64,000 bases of DNA. Source: Macrostomum lignano (taxonomy: Eukaryota). The translations under genes and the position numbers were made by a program. Under the pieces are notes generated by a model. The model saw only the letters and a program-made list of their open reading frames with translations, did no database searches and was not told the DNA's origin. Of the stretch, positions 12,758 to 25,480 are shown piece after piece (position 1 is the first letter of the stretch; each line of letters starts with the position of its first letter). The stretch is from the NCBI GenBank assembly GCA_002269645.1, contig NIVC01002159.1, forward strand, positions 16,394 to 80,393. The letters are read 5' to 3'.

Positions 12758-13333
12758 GATCACTACCTGACGGTCACCCAGCGGCTGTCCAAGTACAAGA
12801 CGCTGCTGCCCCAGATAGCCGAGTGCTGCCAGCTGGTGGCTCCCGTAGATGCCGACATGGCGGCGGCCTGCGCCGACCTGGACTCGCTGCTGCAGGCCGT
12901 CAACGACCAGGTTGAGCGGCGGCACAATGAGCACGTGCTCGGCCAGGTGGCGGCCAACTTCCAGCCCGACCAGGGCATCTCCGCCCAGCAGCACCTGGCC
13001 GGCAGGCGGCTCATCCACAGCGGTCGGCTGCAGGTCCGCCACCAGGAGGCCAAGGTGCCCGCCGTCGCCAGCTTCGGGTTGCTGCTGAACGACTCGCTGC
13101 TGCTCCTCCAGGAGCTCGCGGGCGGCCGGTTCGCCCCGCTGTCCGGCCCCGCCATCGCCGGCTGCGCCTGCCTGCCGCTGATGCGATTCGCCGAGACCGA
13201 CGCCATCGTCAGGGAGAACGAAGGCAGCAAGCCGACGTTTTTTATCGTGGTGAAGCGGCCGGAGCCCAAGCTGATCAGCGTGGCCTGCCTCAGCCAGGAG
13301 GACAGAGACAAGTGGCTGCGGCTGATTAACAAG
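12758..13333 (+). CDS. RhoGEF exon, end of the DH domain plus the PH domain
   Basis: caccag| acceptor and AAG|GTGAGC donor. DHYLTVTQRLSKYKTLL resembles the family VTQRITKYPxL motif. RRLIHSG...LLLNDSLLLLQE...SQEDRDKWLRLI is a PH-domain pattern. Confidence 0.92.
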
Positions 13334-13384
13334 GTGAGCTGGGAGAGGAGATACCTGGCTCGGTTTTCCACGCCATACCAGGAA

Positions 13385-13742
13385 ACCGGGTTGATCTCGC
13401 GTGTAACCTGGCTGGTTAATCCGGGTGGTACCTGATTGATCCCGGTGATACCTGGTCTGGTTAATCTCTAATCCCAGGTGATATCTGGTTGATCCCGGTG
13501 ATACCTGAATGATCCCGGTGGTACCTGATTGATCCCGGTGGTACCTGATCTTGCTAATCCCTAATCCCAGGTGATATCTGGTTAATCCCGGGTGATACCT
13601 GGTTTAGTTAATCGCAGATGATAACTGGTATGATTGATCCCGGTGATTCCTGGTTGATCCCGGTGATTCCTGGTTGATCCCGGTGATTCCTGGTTGATCC
13701 CGGTGATTCCTGGTTGATGCCGGTGATTCCTGGTTGATCCCA
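13385..13742. repeat. 20-bp degenerate intronic minisatellite (GATCCCGGTGATTCCTGGTT)n
   Basis: 20-bp period, perfect near 13640-13740 and decayed at the left end. Confidence 0.85.
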
Positions 13743-13814
13743 TGGGTTCAATGATCGCGGTAACACAGATGTTTCACCCAACTCTCTCTCTCAAAATATT
13801 AACTGCACGCGCAG

Positions 13815-14375
13815 GTCCGGGACTCGAATCCGCACGCGGACGAGCGCGCCCAGGAGGCGGCACGCCGGCTCCGCCAGAAGTCAGCGGCCTCGGCAGACCT
13901 CCTGGCCAGCATGGAGCGCCGGGATCGAGAGCTGCAGGCCCTGCTGAACGAGAAGACTCAACTGTGGCACCAGCTGCTCCTGCTGTGGGGCTGCCAGAAG
14001 CAGCAGCAGCAACAGGAGAACTCAGTGGCCGACGTAGCAGCCGCCGCGGACCCGGACTGCCAGCCGGAGAGGCTCTGCCGCGAGGCCCTGTCCGAGCTCG
14101 GCCGCCTGCGCCGCTTCGTGCGCAGCTGCCAGGAGGTGTCCGGCTCCTTGGAGGACGCGGACGCCGAGGCGGACTCGGCCAGCCTGAAGCGCAGCTCCAG
14201 CAGCGCCGAGGAGAAATCGGCGGCCGCAATCAGCTTGCCGAAGCGGGCGGACACCTTCAGCGGCTACGACGCCGCAATGACCCGCCGGCCGGCTAAACGG
14301 ATGACCAGCTCGGCCGCAGGGACTCTGCCGCCCGGCGCCGTCCTCACTGCCGAACCGGCCGGCATTGCGCTGAGG
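13815..14375 (+). CDS. RhoGEF exon, post-PH coiled coil
   Basis: gcgcag| acceptor, AGG|GTGAGC donor, phase 0/0. Encodes ERRDRELQALLNEKTQLW and LPKRADTFSGYD (family motif LPRRAETFGGYD, recalled). Confidence 0.88.
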
Positions 14376-14385
14376 GTGAGCGGCT

Positions 14386-14990
14386 CATCTCTTCTCAGCA
14401 CTCCTCTCTTCTCAGCACTCCTCTCTTCTCAGCACTCCTCTCTTCTCAGCACTCCTCTCTTCTCAGCACTCCTCTCTTCTCAGCACTCCTCTCTTCTCAG
14501 CACTCCTCTCTTCTCAGCACTCCTCTCTTCTCAGCACTCCTCTCTTCTCAGCACTCCTCTCTTCTCAGCACTCCTCTCTTCTCAGCACTCCTCTCTTCTC
14601 AGCACTCCTCTCTTCTCAGCACTCCTCTCTTCTCAGCACTCCTCTCTTCTCAGCACTCCTCTCTTCTCAGCACTCCTCTCTTCTCAGCACTCCTCTCTTC
14701 TCAGCACTCCTCTCTTCTCAGCACTCCTCTTTGCCTCTCTTCTTCCTCCTCCCTCTCTCCCTCCCGTCTCTCCCTCTCTCCCTCTCCATCTCTCTATCTC
14801 TCCCCCTCTCTCCCTCTCCCTCTCCTTCACTTCCTCTCCCTCTCTCCCTCTCCTCCTCTCCCCTCTCCTCCTCTCCCTCTCTTCCTCTCTCCCTTTCTCC
14901 CTCATTCTATCCTTCTCCCTCTCTCTGCCTCTCTCCCTCTCTCTCCCTCCCTCTCTCTCTCCATCTCCCTCTCCCTTTCTCGATTTCCCT
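14386..14990. repeat. 17-bp minisatellite (CTTCTCAGCACTCCTCT)n followed by a CT-rich low-complexity tract
   Basis: 17-bp period at 14386-14730, then polypyrimidine. Confidence 0.93.
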
Positions 14991-15972
14991 TCCTCAAATT
15001 GTCCCGGTGACTGGATTCGGTGGCTATTAGGCTCACACTTAACCTGTCACTGTGCGAGTTTACAGTGCCAACGGCGGCGCGCGCACACAGTGCATTAATA
15101 ATTAGCAGAGAGTTCATCACGGAGCACAAAATCTGAAATGAATTCCAATTGCAGCGCAAGGCTCGCCAAAGTTCGATCTCGGCCTTCGTCACGCTTAGAA
15201 AGGTCTGACAGTCAGTAGGCATTTGCTGCTTATTAACTAATCAGTAACTCGGTAATGATGATTGCTTCTTGTGCCTCTGCTCGGATTGCCAATACTGGAT
15301 TTCTAGTCCGGAATGTACTTTACACTTTTTTTATTAAGTGTTCGCAGCTTCAGTTCTCACATGCAGCAGCTTCATCTCTGCCATGCAAATGCTTGCCTGC
15401 TCTATAGCTGTCGCAGAGGTAGATTAGAAAGCCTTCTAAATCACTAAAGGGCCCTGGAGTCCTGGACTCGAGTCAGTACTTCTTCCTGAGGCTCGGATTC
15501 AATTAATTTAATTACATTTCTTTGCAGACTCCTTAAGCCTGCCTCCGGCTTCCAGCTGTTTCTGAGACTTAGTAGTAAGAGGCTTCGCTCTGATTCTCGA
15601 TTAAAAAACTCATCCATCCGGCTTTCCCAGGTAAAATATCACAGAAACCCCAGTTAGCCGCAATGCAGGCCTGTGGCTTGCACCGCAATTGGCGCTCATG
15701 CGAGCCAAACCCTCCAGACACAAAGAAGGCCCAGCTCCTGTATACTTGTCTGATAATGTACATATAGATAAGAACTATATGTACATATCGGGGCAGATGT
15801 ACATTTATACCCCAACCCCTCTAATATGAGTACATCCTAGGGTGAGCGGAATGGGCTTTCTTTTTTTCCAGACAGTCTCGCGTCCTCAGATAACGTATTT
15901 TATCTAGACTACATGTACATGCATTCACGCTAATTTTAACGACGTTTTTGGCACGAATTTAAACTGCTAAGC

Positions 15973-16226
15973 CAGGGGTTGGCAAACTCTTTATCTCCAG
16001 TAGAGAGTAGAAAATAGAGGAGAGAGGAGTAAGGAGAGGAAAGAGGAAAAAAGAGAGGAGAGGAGAGAGAAGAGGAGAGAACATCGGAGATAAGAGAGAA
16101 TGGGGCAGAGAGAAGAGGGGGGAGAGGAGATTAAACCTTGAGCGGGCCGTATTGCTATTGTGAAGTTTCAAAGGACCCGAGGGCCGGATAGAGAGCCTTG
16201 GCGCTTACCGAGTTTGCTGACCCCTG
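15973..16226. mobile_element. hAT (Charlie-like) MITE remnant
   Basis: TIRs CAGGGGTTGGCAAACTC ... GAGTTTGCTGACCCCTG. Flanks tgctaagc / tactaaag are a degenerate 8-bp TSD with central TA. Confidence 0.65.
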
Positions 16227-16809
16227 TACTAAAGCCTTTAGTAGTGAAAACTGTTTTACCCAAAAGAAAATGATTTATTCGTACGATTGTCTCTGTTTTT
16301 TACCAATGAAAAAGAATATAAACGTCACTCAATTCTCTAGGCGAATTATCACATAAAAACGGTTTAAATTCTGAAAATCTAAAATTTCCGGCTTTAAGAC
16401 TGCCTTAATTACCAATAATAATCTTTACCCTAACAATAATATACACTTGCACACTGTATAAAACGACAGTTTTTAGCACGAATTCAAACCCCAAACCCTT
16501 TAGCTGATGAAATTCACTTTTAAAGATCAAAATCGAAGAATTTTGCGATTAGCAGATAATCCGACTTTATCTCCGCGGTCTTGCATGCCTCTGACTCGAA
16601 CCGATGCTTCGGCTAAAAGTTTGAAAAACTGCAGCAGGCTGAGACCGCAGCCTGGCTTGCTCTGCTCTGCCCCACCTCTAGTCCGTGTGAACCAATTCTA
16701 TCGTATAGCTTCGCCTCTTGCTATTTTTGGACTAACCGCGAGAGATTTCTACAGTCAAACTCCTATATTTCTACTACCAGTAGCTGATCTCTCACATTCG
16801 AATTTCCAG

Positions 16810-17169
16810 GAAAAGGATAAGGAGCCCAAGTCCCGCCGGCCGTCCATGTTCGAAATGTTCCGACGCCAGCGCGACCAGCCGACGCCGCCACCGCCTCAGC
16901 CGGTGCTCAGCGAGGACCCCGCCGACTCCGTCGTTGAGCCGGCGGCCTCCCCGATGACTCCGACGGTGCAACTGCCCGATGCTGACGGCCTGGAGGCCAT
17001 CGGCCGGCTGCAGGCTCTTGTCTCAGCCATGACCGCCGCCCTGCTGTCCGAGCGGTCCCGCCTGGCCGGCCGGGTGCAGACGGAGGCGGAGCTGCGCCAG
17101 GAGGTGCTCAGTCTGAAGAGCTCGCGGGAGCACGAGGCCTACCGGAGCCAGGACTGCATCTTGGAGACT
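16810..17169 (+). CDS. RhoGEF exon (EKDKEPKSRRPSMFEMF...LQALVSAM...ET)
   Basis: tttccag| acceptor, ACT|GTGAGG donor, phase 0/0, GC-rich coding-like codons. Confidence 0.8.
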
Positions 17170-17294
17170 GTGAGGCCTGATTTCTCCCATCTTTCATCTC
17201 CTAAGTACATTCTCTCATCTTTCAGCAGCATCTCATTTCTTCCATCTCTCATCTCACATCTCTCACACCTCCTATCTCCCTTCTCCCATTTCTC

Positions 17295-17445
17295 ATCTAC
17301 AACCTCCCATCTCTCATTATCCCATCTCCCATCATCCCACCTCCCATTATCTCATCTCCCATCATCCCACCTCCTATCATCCCATCTCCCATCATCTCAT
17401 CTCCCATCATCTCATCTCCCATGATCCCATCTCCCATCATCCCAG
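17295..17445. repeat. 15-bp intronic minisatellite (CATCATCTCATCTCC-like)
   Basis: 15-bp period inside intron 17170-17509. Confidence 0.8.
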
Positions 17446-17509
17446 TATCCCATCTCTCCTCTCCTTGCAGCTCCCCAATCATGACTAGCCATCCCTTCCG
17501 CGCCCCCAG

Positions 17510-17812
17510 ATTCGGCTGCAGCGGGCCCAGCTGGATCAGGAGCGCGCCAAATTCCGCGACGAGAGGCGTCGGGAGACCGCCAAGATTGATGTCCGGCGCG
17601 AGGACGCGGACAGGCGGGAGGAGAAGCTGCGCCTTCGCGAGGAGGAGCTCGAGCATGCGGAGGCCAGGCTCGATGAGGAGCGGCAGTTGTTGGCGCTGAA
17701 GGCGGAGCAGCTGCGGGCCCAGCAGAGTCAGCAGGAGGCAACCCAAAGCGGCGCACTTTCGCTGAAGTCTCGGGCGACTGCGGCAAAACGCAACGGGGAG
17801 ACGCTGGAGTAG
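17510..17812 (+). CDS. RhoGEF C-terminal coiled-coil exon (IRLQRAQLDQERAKFRDERRRE...ETLE*)
   Basis: ccccag| acceptor in phase 0, E/R/Q-rich heptads, TAG at 17810-17812. An alternative spliced end is possible (see findings). Confidence 0.8.
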   Translation: MRLQRAQLDQERAKFRDERRRETAKIDVRREDADRREEKLRLREEELEHAEARLDEERQLLALKAEQLRAQQSQQEATQSGALSLKSRATAAKRNGETLE

Positions 17813-17884
17813 GGATGTGTGCGGTTTGGGATCCCAGTGCCGCACATTAACTAGTTGGATTTCCTTTGTATTGAGATGGTTGGG

Positions 17885-18203
17885 TTTGGTAGGCGCCAAG
17901 ATGGTCTGGGAAGCGCCAAGATGGTTTGGTAGGCGCCAAGATGGTCTGGGAAGCGCCAAGATGGTTTGGTAGGCGCCAAGATGGTCTGGGAAGCGCCAAG
18001 ATGGTTTGGTAGGCGCCAAGATGGTTTGGTAGGCGCCAAGATGGTTTGGTAGGCGCCAAGATGGTTTGGTAGGCGCCAAGATGGTTTGGTAGGCACCAAG
18101 ATGGTTTGGTAGGCGCCAAGATGGTTTGGTAGGCGCCAAGATGGTTTGGTAGGCGCCAAGATGGTTTGGTAGGCGCCAAGATGGTTTGGTAGGCGCCAAG
18201 ATG
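17885..18203. repeat. 20-bp minisatellite (GGCGCCAAGATGGTTTGGTA)n
   Basis: 20-bp period. Confidence 0.93.
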
Positions 18204-19307
18204 AACGTGGTACTGGCTGGTTGGTCCCGTCTTTCCTTCAACTTTCTGATCCACAAACGAAATTGAATTGCCCAGTTTTCTCACAGCTACACTGATTTTC
18301 ATCGATTCAACTGATGCATAAATAAGCAATTGAATATTTTGTTATAATCTGAAGTACGTTTATTCATTTTAAGCATAATTTTCCCTGTATACTTACTGAC
18401 CGACAACGCGGAGTAGTGGGTTACGAGAGTGTACACTAAATGTCGCGGTCTTCAGTGAATTTTATATATTGGCTGCACTTTTTCCGGAATTAAAAAATAC
18501 TGTCGTTTCCCGCGACTTGCTCATCGGCCAACCGCTGTCGCTATAGATAGTCTTTATTGCTATCCGATTTGTGCTGCTGTGCCATTGTTGTCCCATGAGT
18601 TCTGGAGGACAGAGAGCTGATCATCATTCGACTTGCATAAAAATGCTTAATTCTGGAGTTATAAAAAAATAATTCTTAACGCGCACTGCATGGTGATTCG
18701 AGAGTTTTTTCCATCATAAAAGTGCTGTGCTTTGAATGCAACTTTCGCGATTAGTCGGTCTGAAAGTTCAATATTTGCAATACATGTACATATGTATGTG
18801 CATGGGCGCCATATCTGACATTCAGAACTTTCCTAGATAACAAAAGCTCTTTGTTTATCTTCTCTTGCGTGACACGTCCGGTCGTAATGTTTTTGTTATA
18901 AATGGTTTGGGAAAATTTTCGGTTTTATTTCCCGGATATCAAATTCAGCTTTAATATTTTTCAGTTGCGCTATTTTGTCCCATTTTTTTTGTTTTGAGTG
19001 CATGCCTTATATGCAATATCAGATCTCAACTCTCTGACTGGCTATAGCTATAGTAATGACAACATTTACATTTACTATACATGAATCTGGGACCATCTAA
19101 AAAGTAAAAGAAATACACGATGTTTCCTGGAAATTATCGAAGGCTTACGCTTTCCGAACAATTAACATACAGTAGGTTACTAAATAAGGTTTAGAAAGGT
19201 TTGTTGTTTATTATTTTTTCTTTAGAAACATCAAAGCAGTCATGCATGTAATAACTACATGACAGGCAAACTTGCATTGTGTTTCGCCCCGAAATGTGAT
19301 TGCTAAA

Positions 19308-19378
19308 CCGTAACACCGGTCTAACGCGGCGCTCTGCTGTACCAGTGTCCCAGAGGCTCGATTCCGAGTGTAGTCACC
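19308..19378 (+). mobile_element. Degenerate tRNA-derived SINE head
   Basis: gtaacaccggtctaacgcggcgctctg...GGCTCGATTCC with a B-box-like motif; alignable by eye to the 42590-42650 (-) copy. Confidence 0.45.
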
Positions 19379-19866
19379 AAGGACCGTAACTTCTAGTGGT
19401 CCTTCGAAGTCACATTAATTATCTGAGGCTAAATTGGAATCTCGGCTTGGGTCTGCTCGTGTGTACATGCCTAAACGATAAGCCAACAGGGCCTGCTATA
19501 TGCAGCCTATTTTAGAATTGAGCAGCAAAGAGGAACTGTACTGTACGTAGTTGATCGAGATGGCTAAGGGCTGCGCCACCACGGGGGTATAATTAAAATG
19601 GCATGTTAAGTCTAGCAGCCACATATGCCCATGCAAGCTAGCACAATTGCAAACATAAGATAAATCAATTCACTGTATTCTACGAGCGTTTGAATGAGTG
19701 CATGATTTGCCAGCCTTTTAACATGCATTATATTTTTACAAAGTGAATGTGCATGTACCAGTAACAGCAGTGTGGGCACCTACATATGTTCAGGTATACA
19801 TATTAGGGGAGGGACAGAGTCTGACTCCCGTTTTCAATGGCTTATTGAATGTCCAAAGTTGTAGTA

Positions 19867-20090
19867 CACCTTTTCACGTTCAATTTTGAACAAAGTCCAG
19901 TTCTAAAAAAACTAGCGGAAATTCAATTCAGACAATTCAGACTGGGGCAACAAACCCCAGTTCAAAACATTCTGCTACGGAAGCGAGGTTTAGCCATAGA
20001 CAAAATTGTCCCCAGTCGGAATTGTCTGAATTGAATTTCCGCTAGTTTTTTTAGAACTGGACTTTGTTCAAAATTGAACGTGAAAAGGTG
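19867..20090. mobile_element. Tc1/mariner-type MITE, about 224 bp
   Basis: About 81-bp near-perfect inverted arms (19867-19947 vs 20010-20090, CACCTTTTCACG...CGTGAAAAGGTG) flanked by TA on both sides. Confidence 0.85.
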
Positions 20091-21279
20091 TAGTTTATGG
20101 CCAAAACGCCTCCCCTCAGTAGACTTTGCTAAATCCATGTCTAGGCCTGGCTTAGCTTGATCTGTCGCCTGGCCTTAACTTGTCTATGGCGTCCCGTTTT
20201 AATTTGATTGTCCGAACTCCCATTTGCATCTTCAAAAGCGCCCGATACATGCATACATGTAAGTTTATGTTCTCGGCCCCTGCATATGTTTTAATCCATA
20301 TACATGCAGTCATCGCTATAACTGTTAATGTATAAATCATATCCTCTAGACTGCATGCATCAACAATTATTACAACAAAAAACAACAAAAGCAAAAAACA
20401 ACAACAATTATTGAAATCCTTCCCATTCTCGTGTGGCCTTCAATCCGACCTGGATTGGGCATCGACATGAATTTACATGAGCTACTTACATATATACTAC
20501 AACTTTGCTTCGTAGTATCCGAGTTTGCTAATTTAGCAAATTTCTCTAATTGATATCACTTCGATAAACACTGACAAACCATTTTTAGTATAATATTCAG
20601 ACCACGCAAAGTCAAGTTAAACGAAGGTTCCTATAGGTAGGTACATAGTTTTGATTTTTAGTATATTGGATATGGATTTTTCATAGTAGACTATTCGTAC
20701 GATAGTTCCTCCATATACTATATTAGTAAAAATGTATTCACTAAAACAAAAGTTATTACAATTCAATTACATGTAGTAATCCTTGAAGCCAAGCTTGTCT
20801 GAAGGTTAGTTTGTTAAACACTAAAGGTTAACTGCAGTTTTCCAAAATAATGATTAATAATTGTAAAATCGTATGCCAAAAATTGTTGCTGAAAAATTGC
20901 TGGAGTTTTTTGTCTGGACAGGGGCAGAATATGGGAGCCAAATATATGCCAGAAATCTCATTAGTTAAAACGCTGAGTTTATTAGAATAATTGTTGTGAT
21001 AAAATTTAAACGGTAAAACGCATGCAAGTTTAAATAAGCTATAATTCAAGGCAATTGCATGGTTGGTCAGGTCAGTGAATAACTATACATAGCACACTGT
21101 CGAGTGTCAACAAGCGCGACCTAATTGACTAATTGCTTGGTAGTCTAAATTTTGAATTCGCTTTTTCCTGGATTTCTTGTTGCTACCCGATTGTATTAAT
21201 ATTATATTCGCATTGTTGCTTTATTAGACTAGGCAGCACCGCGGCAGTTGGCTTAGTGATATTGGATTTTCTTGTTCAG

Positions 21280-21397
21280 ATGAATTATTTGCCTGTTAGA
21301 GTTAAAGCAGCAGCGTCTCTGCAATGTTTGAACTCCCTTAGCACCTTTTTAACTTCAATATTGTTATTAGTTTTATGCCTAGTAGCAAATTCATATG
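21280..21397 (+). CDS. PRADC1: PRADC1 candidate first exon 1a (signal-peptide-like MNYLPVRVKAAASLQCLNSLSTFLTSILLLVLCLVANSYG)
   Basis: Hydrophobic core, perfect G|GTAAGT donor, phase 1 matching the acceptor at 26494. Confidence 0.45.
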
Positions 21398-21687
21398 GTA
21401 AGTAACCAGGGTTTTTTTTTTGTGCGCAGAGTGTGCGTATGCACCCTAAATTTTAAAATCGCACCCTGAAATTAAAAAAGTAGGTGCGGTTTAGGTGCGG
21501 TCTTATAACCATTTTTCTTTAAAGGCTTAACCATGCTTAAGCTATTTTTTATGCACTGCCTTAAATTTTAAAATATGAAACAAAATAACTCTTTAAATCC
21601 TATTAAGTCATATAGGCGATATAGCCTATAGCTATAGCCTTATGTAAGATATTAAAATATACATTCCCAGTTGTCTGAAATGTGAGC

Positions 21688-24171
21688 AATGTGAGGGTTT
21701 CACGAGAGATATTCAGACAAAGGCTCCCTAAAACACGCCCCGCACCGGGCCCCGAACTGCTACACATTATAACATTTTTTGTCAATGCAGTATTTGATTG
21801 CAAGGAAAAGTTAAAATAGTAATGGAATAAATATCTTTATTTTTTTTTTAATATTATTTTTTATATTCTCATTTTCATTATTAAATTATAATATTATTAT
21901 TTTATTAATATTATTATTAATATCACTTATTGTTCACCGAATTTTATATTTCAAAGTAAAAAAAACTAAATTTAATAAAAACTTGAAGCTTAACAGAAAA
22001 CGCATTCTGAAGTGTCTTTAGTTATAGTCCAATTTGTTTTAATGTGTAGCGCTGCAGGGCGGTGCAGGGCGTGTTTTAGGGAGACCCATTCAGACAGACA
22101 TTCAAAATGATTGTCTGTAACTTCAAACAAAATTGACCCGCTTCAACCATCTTTTTGGCAAATACTTACGCAAGTGTTGGGCATTAAATAAGCTTTAATT
22201 TATTAACTGAAGTAAAAATCCTTCTGACATACATTGATTTAAAAATTGCTTAGCAACACTAGCTCTGATTAGAAATCGCTTTACTGTTGACTAAAATTGT
22301 TTTGATCGTAGCAGCCTAAAAGCAGATACTGGATTTAAAAATGCTTCGATTTACTCTATACGCATGTCTCAGCTTTAAAATGACACCTTAGGGGTCGCAA
22401 AAGACAGCTTTGATGCTGAGATATTCGACACTAAACATGCATTGCTTTGCGCAATTTCACATTCAGAAATTTCACTGATTTTTTGTCGATATTTGTGCAG
22501 TTGCCATGTCCTTGTTTTTCATCAGAATCTTGTCAAATTCTAGTCATGTCTATACGCATGTCTCAGCTTTAAAATGACACCTCAGGCATTGCAAAAGACA
22601 GCTTTGATGCTGAGATATTCGACACTAAACATTGCTTTGCTCAAACTCACATTCGGAAACTTCACTGATTTTTATTCAATATTTGTTCAGATGCTTGTCT
22701 ACTTCTCCATTTATTAACCATCGCATGGAGCCTTGCTAACGTACAAGTGTATGTAGTTACAGTAAATGGGGTTTTTGTGACTCACTTAAACTTGTTTACG
22801 CATTCTACAGCTATTCGCCGCCTTTCATTGGAGTGATTCATGGAGTCCAGTTGATAAATTTCCACAAATTGGACTGCTTCTACGTCAGATCTCAACATTT
22901 GGAACCGTCCTTGAACTATTTCAGAGTTAAGTGAGCTAATGGCATCAAATGGAAGGCTAGTGCTCGTACTTGTAAGCGAAGCAGGTTCACAATTGAAATG
23001 GTTGTATTCATGGCCATGGGATCTAAACTGATCTGTTTTACTTTCACGATCGCTTTGGTCTCAGAAGGAGCAGCAGTTGATGGACTGAGGTGAGAAGAAG
23101 ATGTGTCACGACTTGAGCTGTTTTTAGAAAATATCTTTATCCAATTAAATATTTTCATGCGGCTCCTTAGGTTGTTCCGAATTCCAAGTCTAGAAGTCAA
23201 GACAGAAAAAAAGTTAAGAACTGCTACTGTAGTCCGTAGGGATTGGAAAGCTTAGCAGTACATTAGAAATCGCCTGTTCAATCTAAAAAGTTTGAAGTAC
23301 ATATAGCTATTGGGTTGCAACAACAGTAGAAAAAATTCTTCCTTTTTATTTTATTCCCACTGCTTACCTCATTCCGATTTGGATAGCAGAATTGCCACGC
23401 AAAAAAAGTAAAAACATAACAATAAACTATTTGCTTCATATTAATTGCCACTGACTGTTAATAAACGCGACGTCAATTTCTCTCAATAACAGTTGGAACA
23501 TGTTTCTTGTACACTCGTATATTTATTTGAACCGCAAAGCGGTGAAAAAGTCATGATTGGTTGCCATATGTACAAATGTACACTCACAGACTCACTGACT
23601 CAGGTACAATCTATGCAATATAAAGGCAGGAATCATTAAAAATCAAATACTTAAGACAGTTTAAGAGAAGTCCAGGTTTAAACTGGACATGACTAGAATT
23701 TGACAAGATTCTGATGAAAAACAAGGACACGGCAGCTGCACAAATATCGACAAAAAATCAGTGAAATCTCTGAATGTGAGATTGCGCAAAGCAATGCATG
23801 TTTAGTGTCGAATATCTCAGCATCAAAGCTGTCTTTTGCGATGCCTGAGGTGTCATTTTAAAGCTGAGACATGCGTATAGAGTAAATCGAAGCATTTTTA
23901 AATCCAGTATCTGCTTTTAGGCTGCTACGATCAAAACAATTTTAGTCAATAGTAAAGCGATTTCTAATCAGAGCTAGTGTTGCTAAGCAATTTTTAAATC
24001 AATGTATGTCAGAAGGATTTTTACTTCAGTTAATAAATTAAAGCTTATTTGACGCCCAACACTTGCGTAAGTATTTGCCAAAAAGATGGTTGAAGCGGGT
24101 CAATTTTGTTTAAAGTTACAGACGATCGTTTTGAATGTCTGTCTGAATATCTCTCGTGAAACCCTCACATT
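21688..24171. mobile_element. Long-TIR (foldback-like) element inside the hAT
   Basis: Arms 21688-22550 (interrupted) and 23686-24171 (486 bp) are near-identical reverse complements. 22551-22690 is a diverged partial tandem copy of about 22358-22500. Confidence 0.8.
21719..22087. mobile_element. 369-bp MITE inserted in the left arm
   Basis: About 50-bp imperfect TIRs (CTCCCTAAAACACGCCC...CTACACATTA) and 8-bp TSD ATTCAGAC (21711-21718, 22088-22095). The opposite arm keeps the empty site. Confidence 0.8.
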
Positions 24172-25428
24172 CTAAACAAGACTCAAGAGAAATTGCACTC
24201 TGAGCCTTAAAATCGCACCTTGAAATTTGGCACAAGGTGCGATTTCGCACCTTATCTCTGGCGAAAAAAAAACCCAGTAAGTAACTAGCCCCAGGCTTAT
24301 TAATTTATTTTCCTTTTTGACTTTAGGCTTAACATAGTCTATGTCTATGCCTCATTTTTATAACTATCTTACACATGATTAGAGCAAACTGTTGGTATAA
24401 GCAATTTATTGGTATCAAATATAGAACATCTAGAGAGGCAAAGGAGGCAACATGCCTATTTAACTGGGAGGGAGGATTGGCAAGTTGCTCAAGAAAGAGG
24501 CTATACATGCTTGGGAGAAAGGGAAGGGGCTGCATGCCTCTAACTAGGGCCTATACAACTGCTATTAGAGAAGAATGCCTTCAAATAAAGAACAGTAATA
24601 ACTAAGCTATTTTTAGAACAAATGTAAGCAAGCAAGCAATACAAGCATGTTGCTTCTGTACCATGTATTTTTGCTTGTATATATAATATTTTCTGGCTTA
24701 ATAGCATAAGTATTTAAACAAACTTTAGTATCAAAATGTTATCTAGAAATAGACAAATAATAATCAATTACACTATATTTTTCTAAAAAAACAATTCCAA
24801 AGCCTATACAAGTATAAGTTTTACAAAAAAATTGTATACAAATTTACAAGTTTATAAGACAATGTAATAAGGCATAGAGATAGCTACTAAAAGAAGGTAA
24901 AGCATATATATTTTATAAAAAAATTACTACAAAAATTGCTAGGCCTATTGCTTCACTTGGCCTTCCTATACAAAAAATGACTAAATAAAATGAGAACAGA
25001 TTAATAAATTGTTTTTGTACTCAAATACAAATTTTAAACAAAATAAAACAAGAAACTATAAGAACTATAGCTAGCTAGGTAATTATAGCAATAACTTGAT
25101 TACTTGATTAATGCCTTATCAAGAATACTATCTTAATCAAATAAAGCTGTTTTAGTAAGGTCATTTCTTTGGTTTGTCTTTTTGCTGTAAAGGGTTAGAT
25201 TGATCTTTTCTACGCTTGGCTTCAGCTTTGACTTTATCTAGCAAAATAGTACTGTGTTCATTTTTTTCATTGATTGTAGATTAGGACTCTTTATCCTCAC
25301 ATAGTCACTTAGTAACAATGATTCTTACCTAGGTTATTCAGCATTTTTCTTAAAGTTGCCACTCAATATTGGCAATGGCTTGCTTGCTTGTTCTGTTTGA
25401 ATTTGGCATCAAGCAGAGAGATAGGCTG

Positions 25429-25480
25429 ATGGCCCATTTGTTGTGGCTGTATCTATTAGCCATGCTTTGGTTAATGCAAG
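25429..25480 (+). CDS. PRADC1: PRADC1 candidate first exon 1b (signal peptide MAHLLWLYLLAMLWLMQG)
   Basis: ATG, 17 mostly hydrophobic codons, CAAG|GTAAAA donor, phase 1. Confidence 0.6.

Larger units (their letters stand above)
21407..24277. mobile_element. Non-autonomous hAT DNA transposon (2871 bp) with nested elements
   Basis: Perfect 8-bp TSD TAAGTAAC (21399-21406 and 24278-24285). Imperfect TIRs CAGGGTTTTTTTTTT..GCGCAGAG / CTCTGGCGAAAAAAAAACCCAG. Subterminal GCACC/GGTGC repeats. Confidence 0.85.

Noticed and set aside
17297-18329. Minus-strand ORFs
   Set aside because: Antisense shadow of the RhoGEF exon plus the 20-bp and 15-bp arrays.
22916-23200. ORF inside the nested element as a transposase
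   Set aside because: No DDE or hAT dimerisation motifs recognised, and the frames are short and interrupted.
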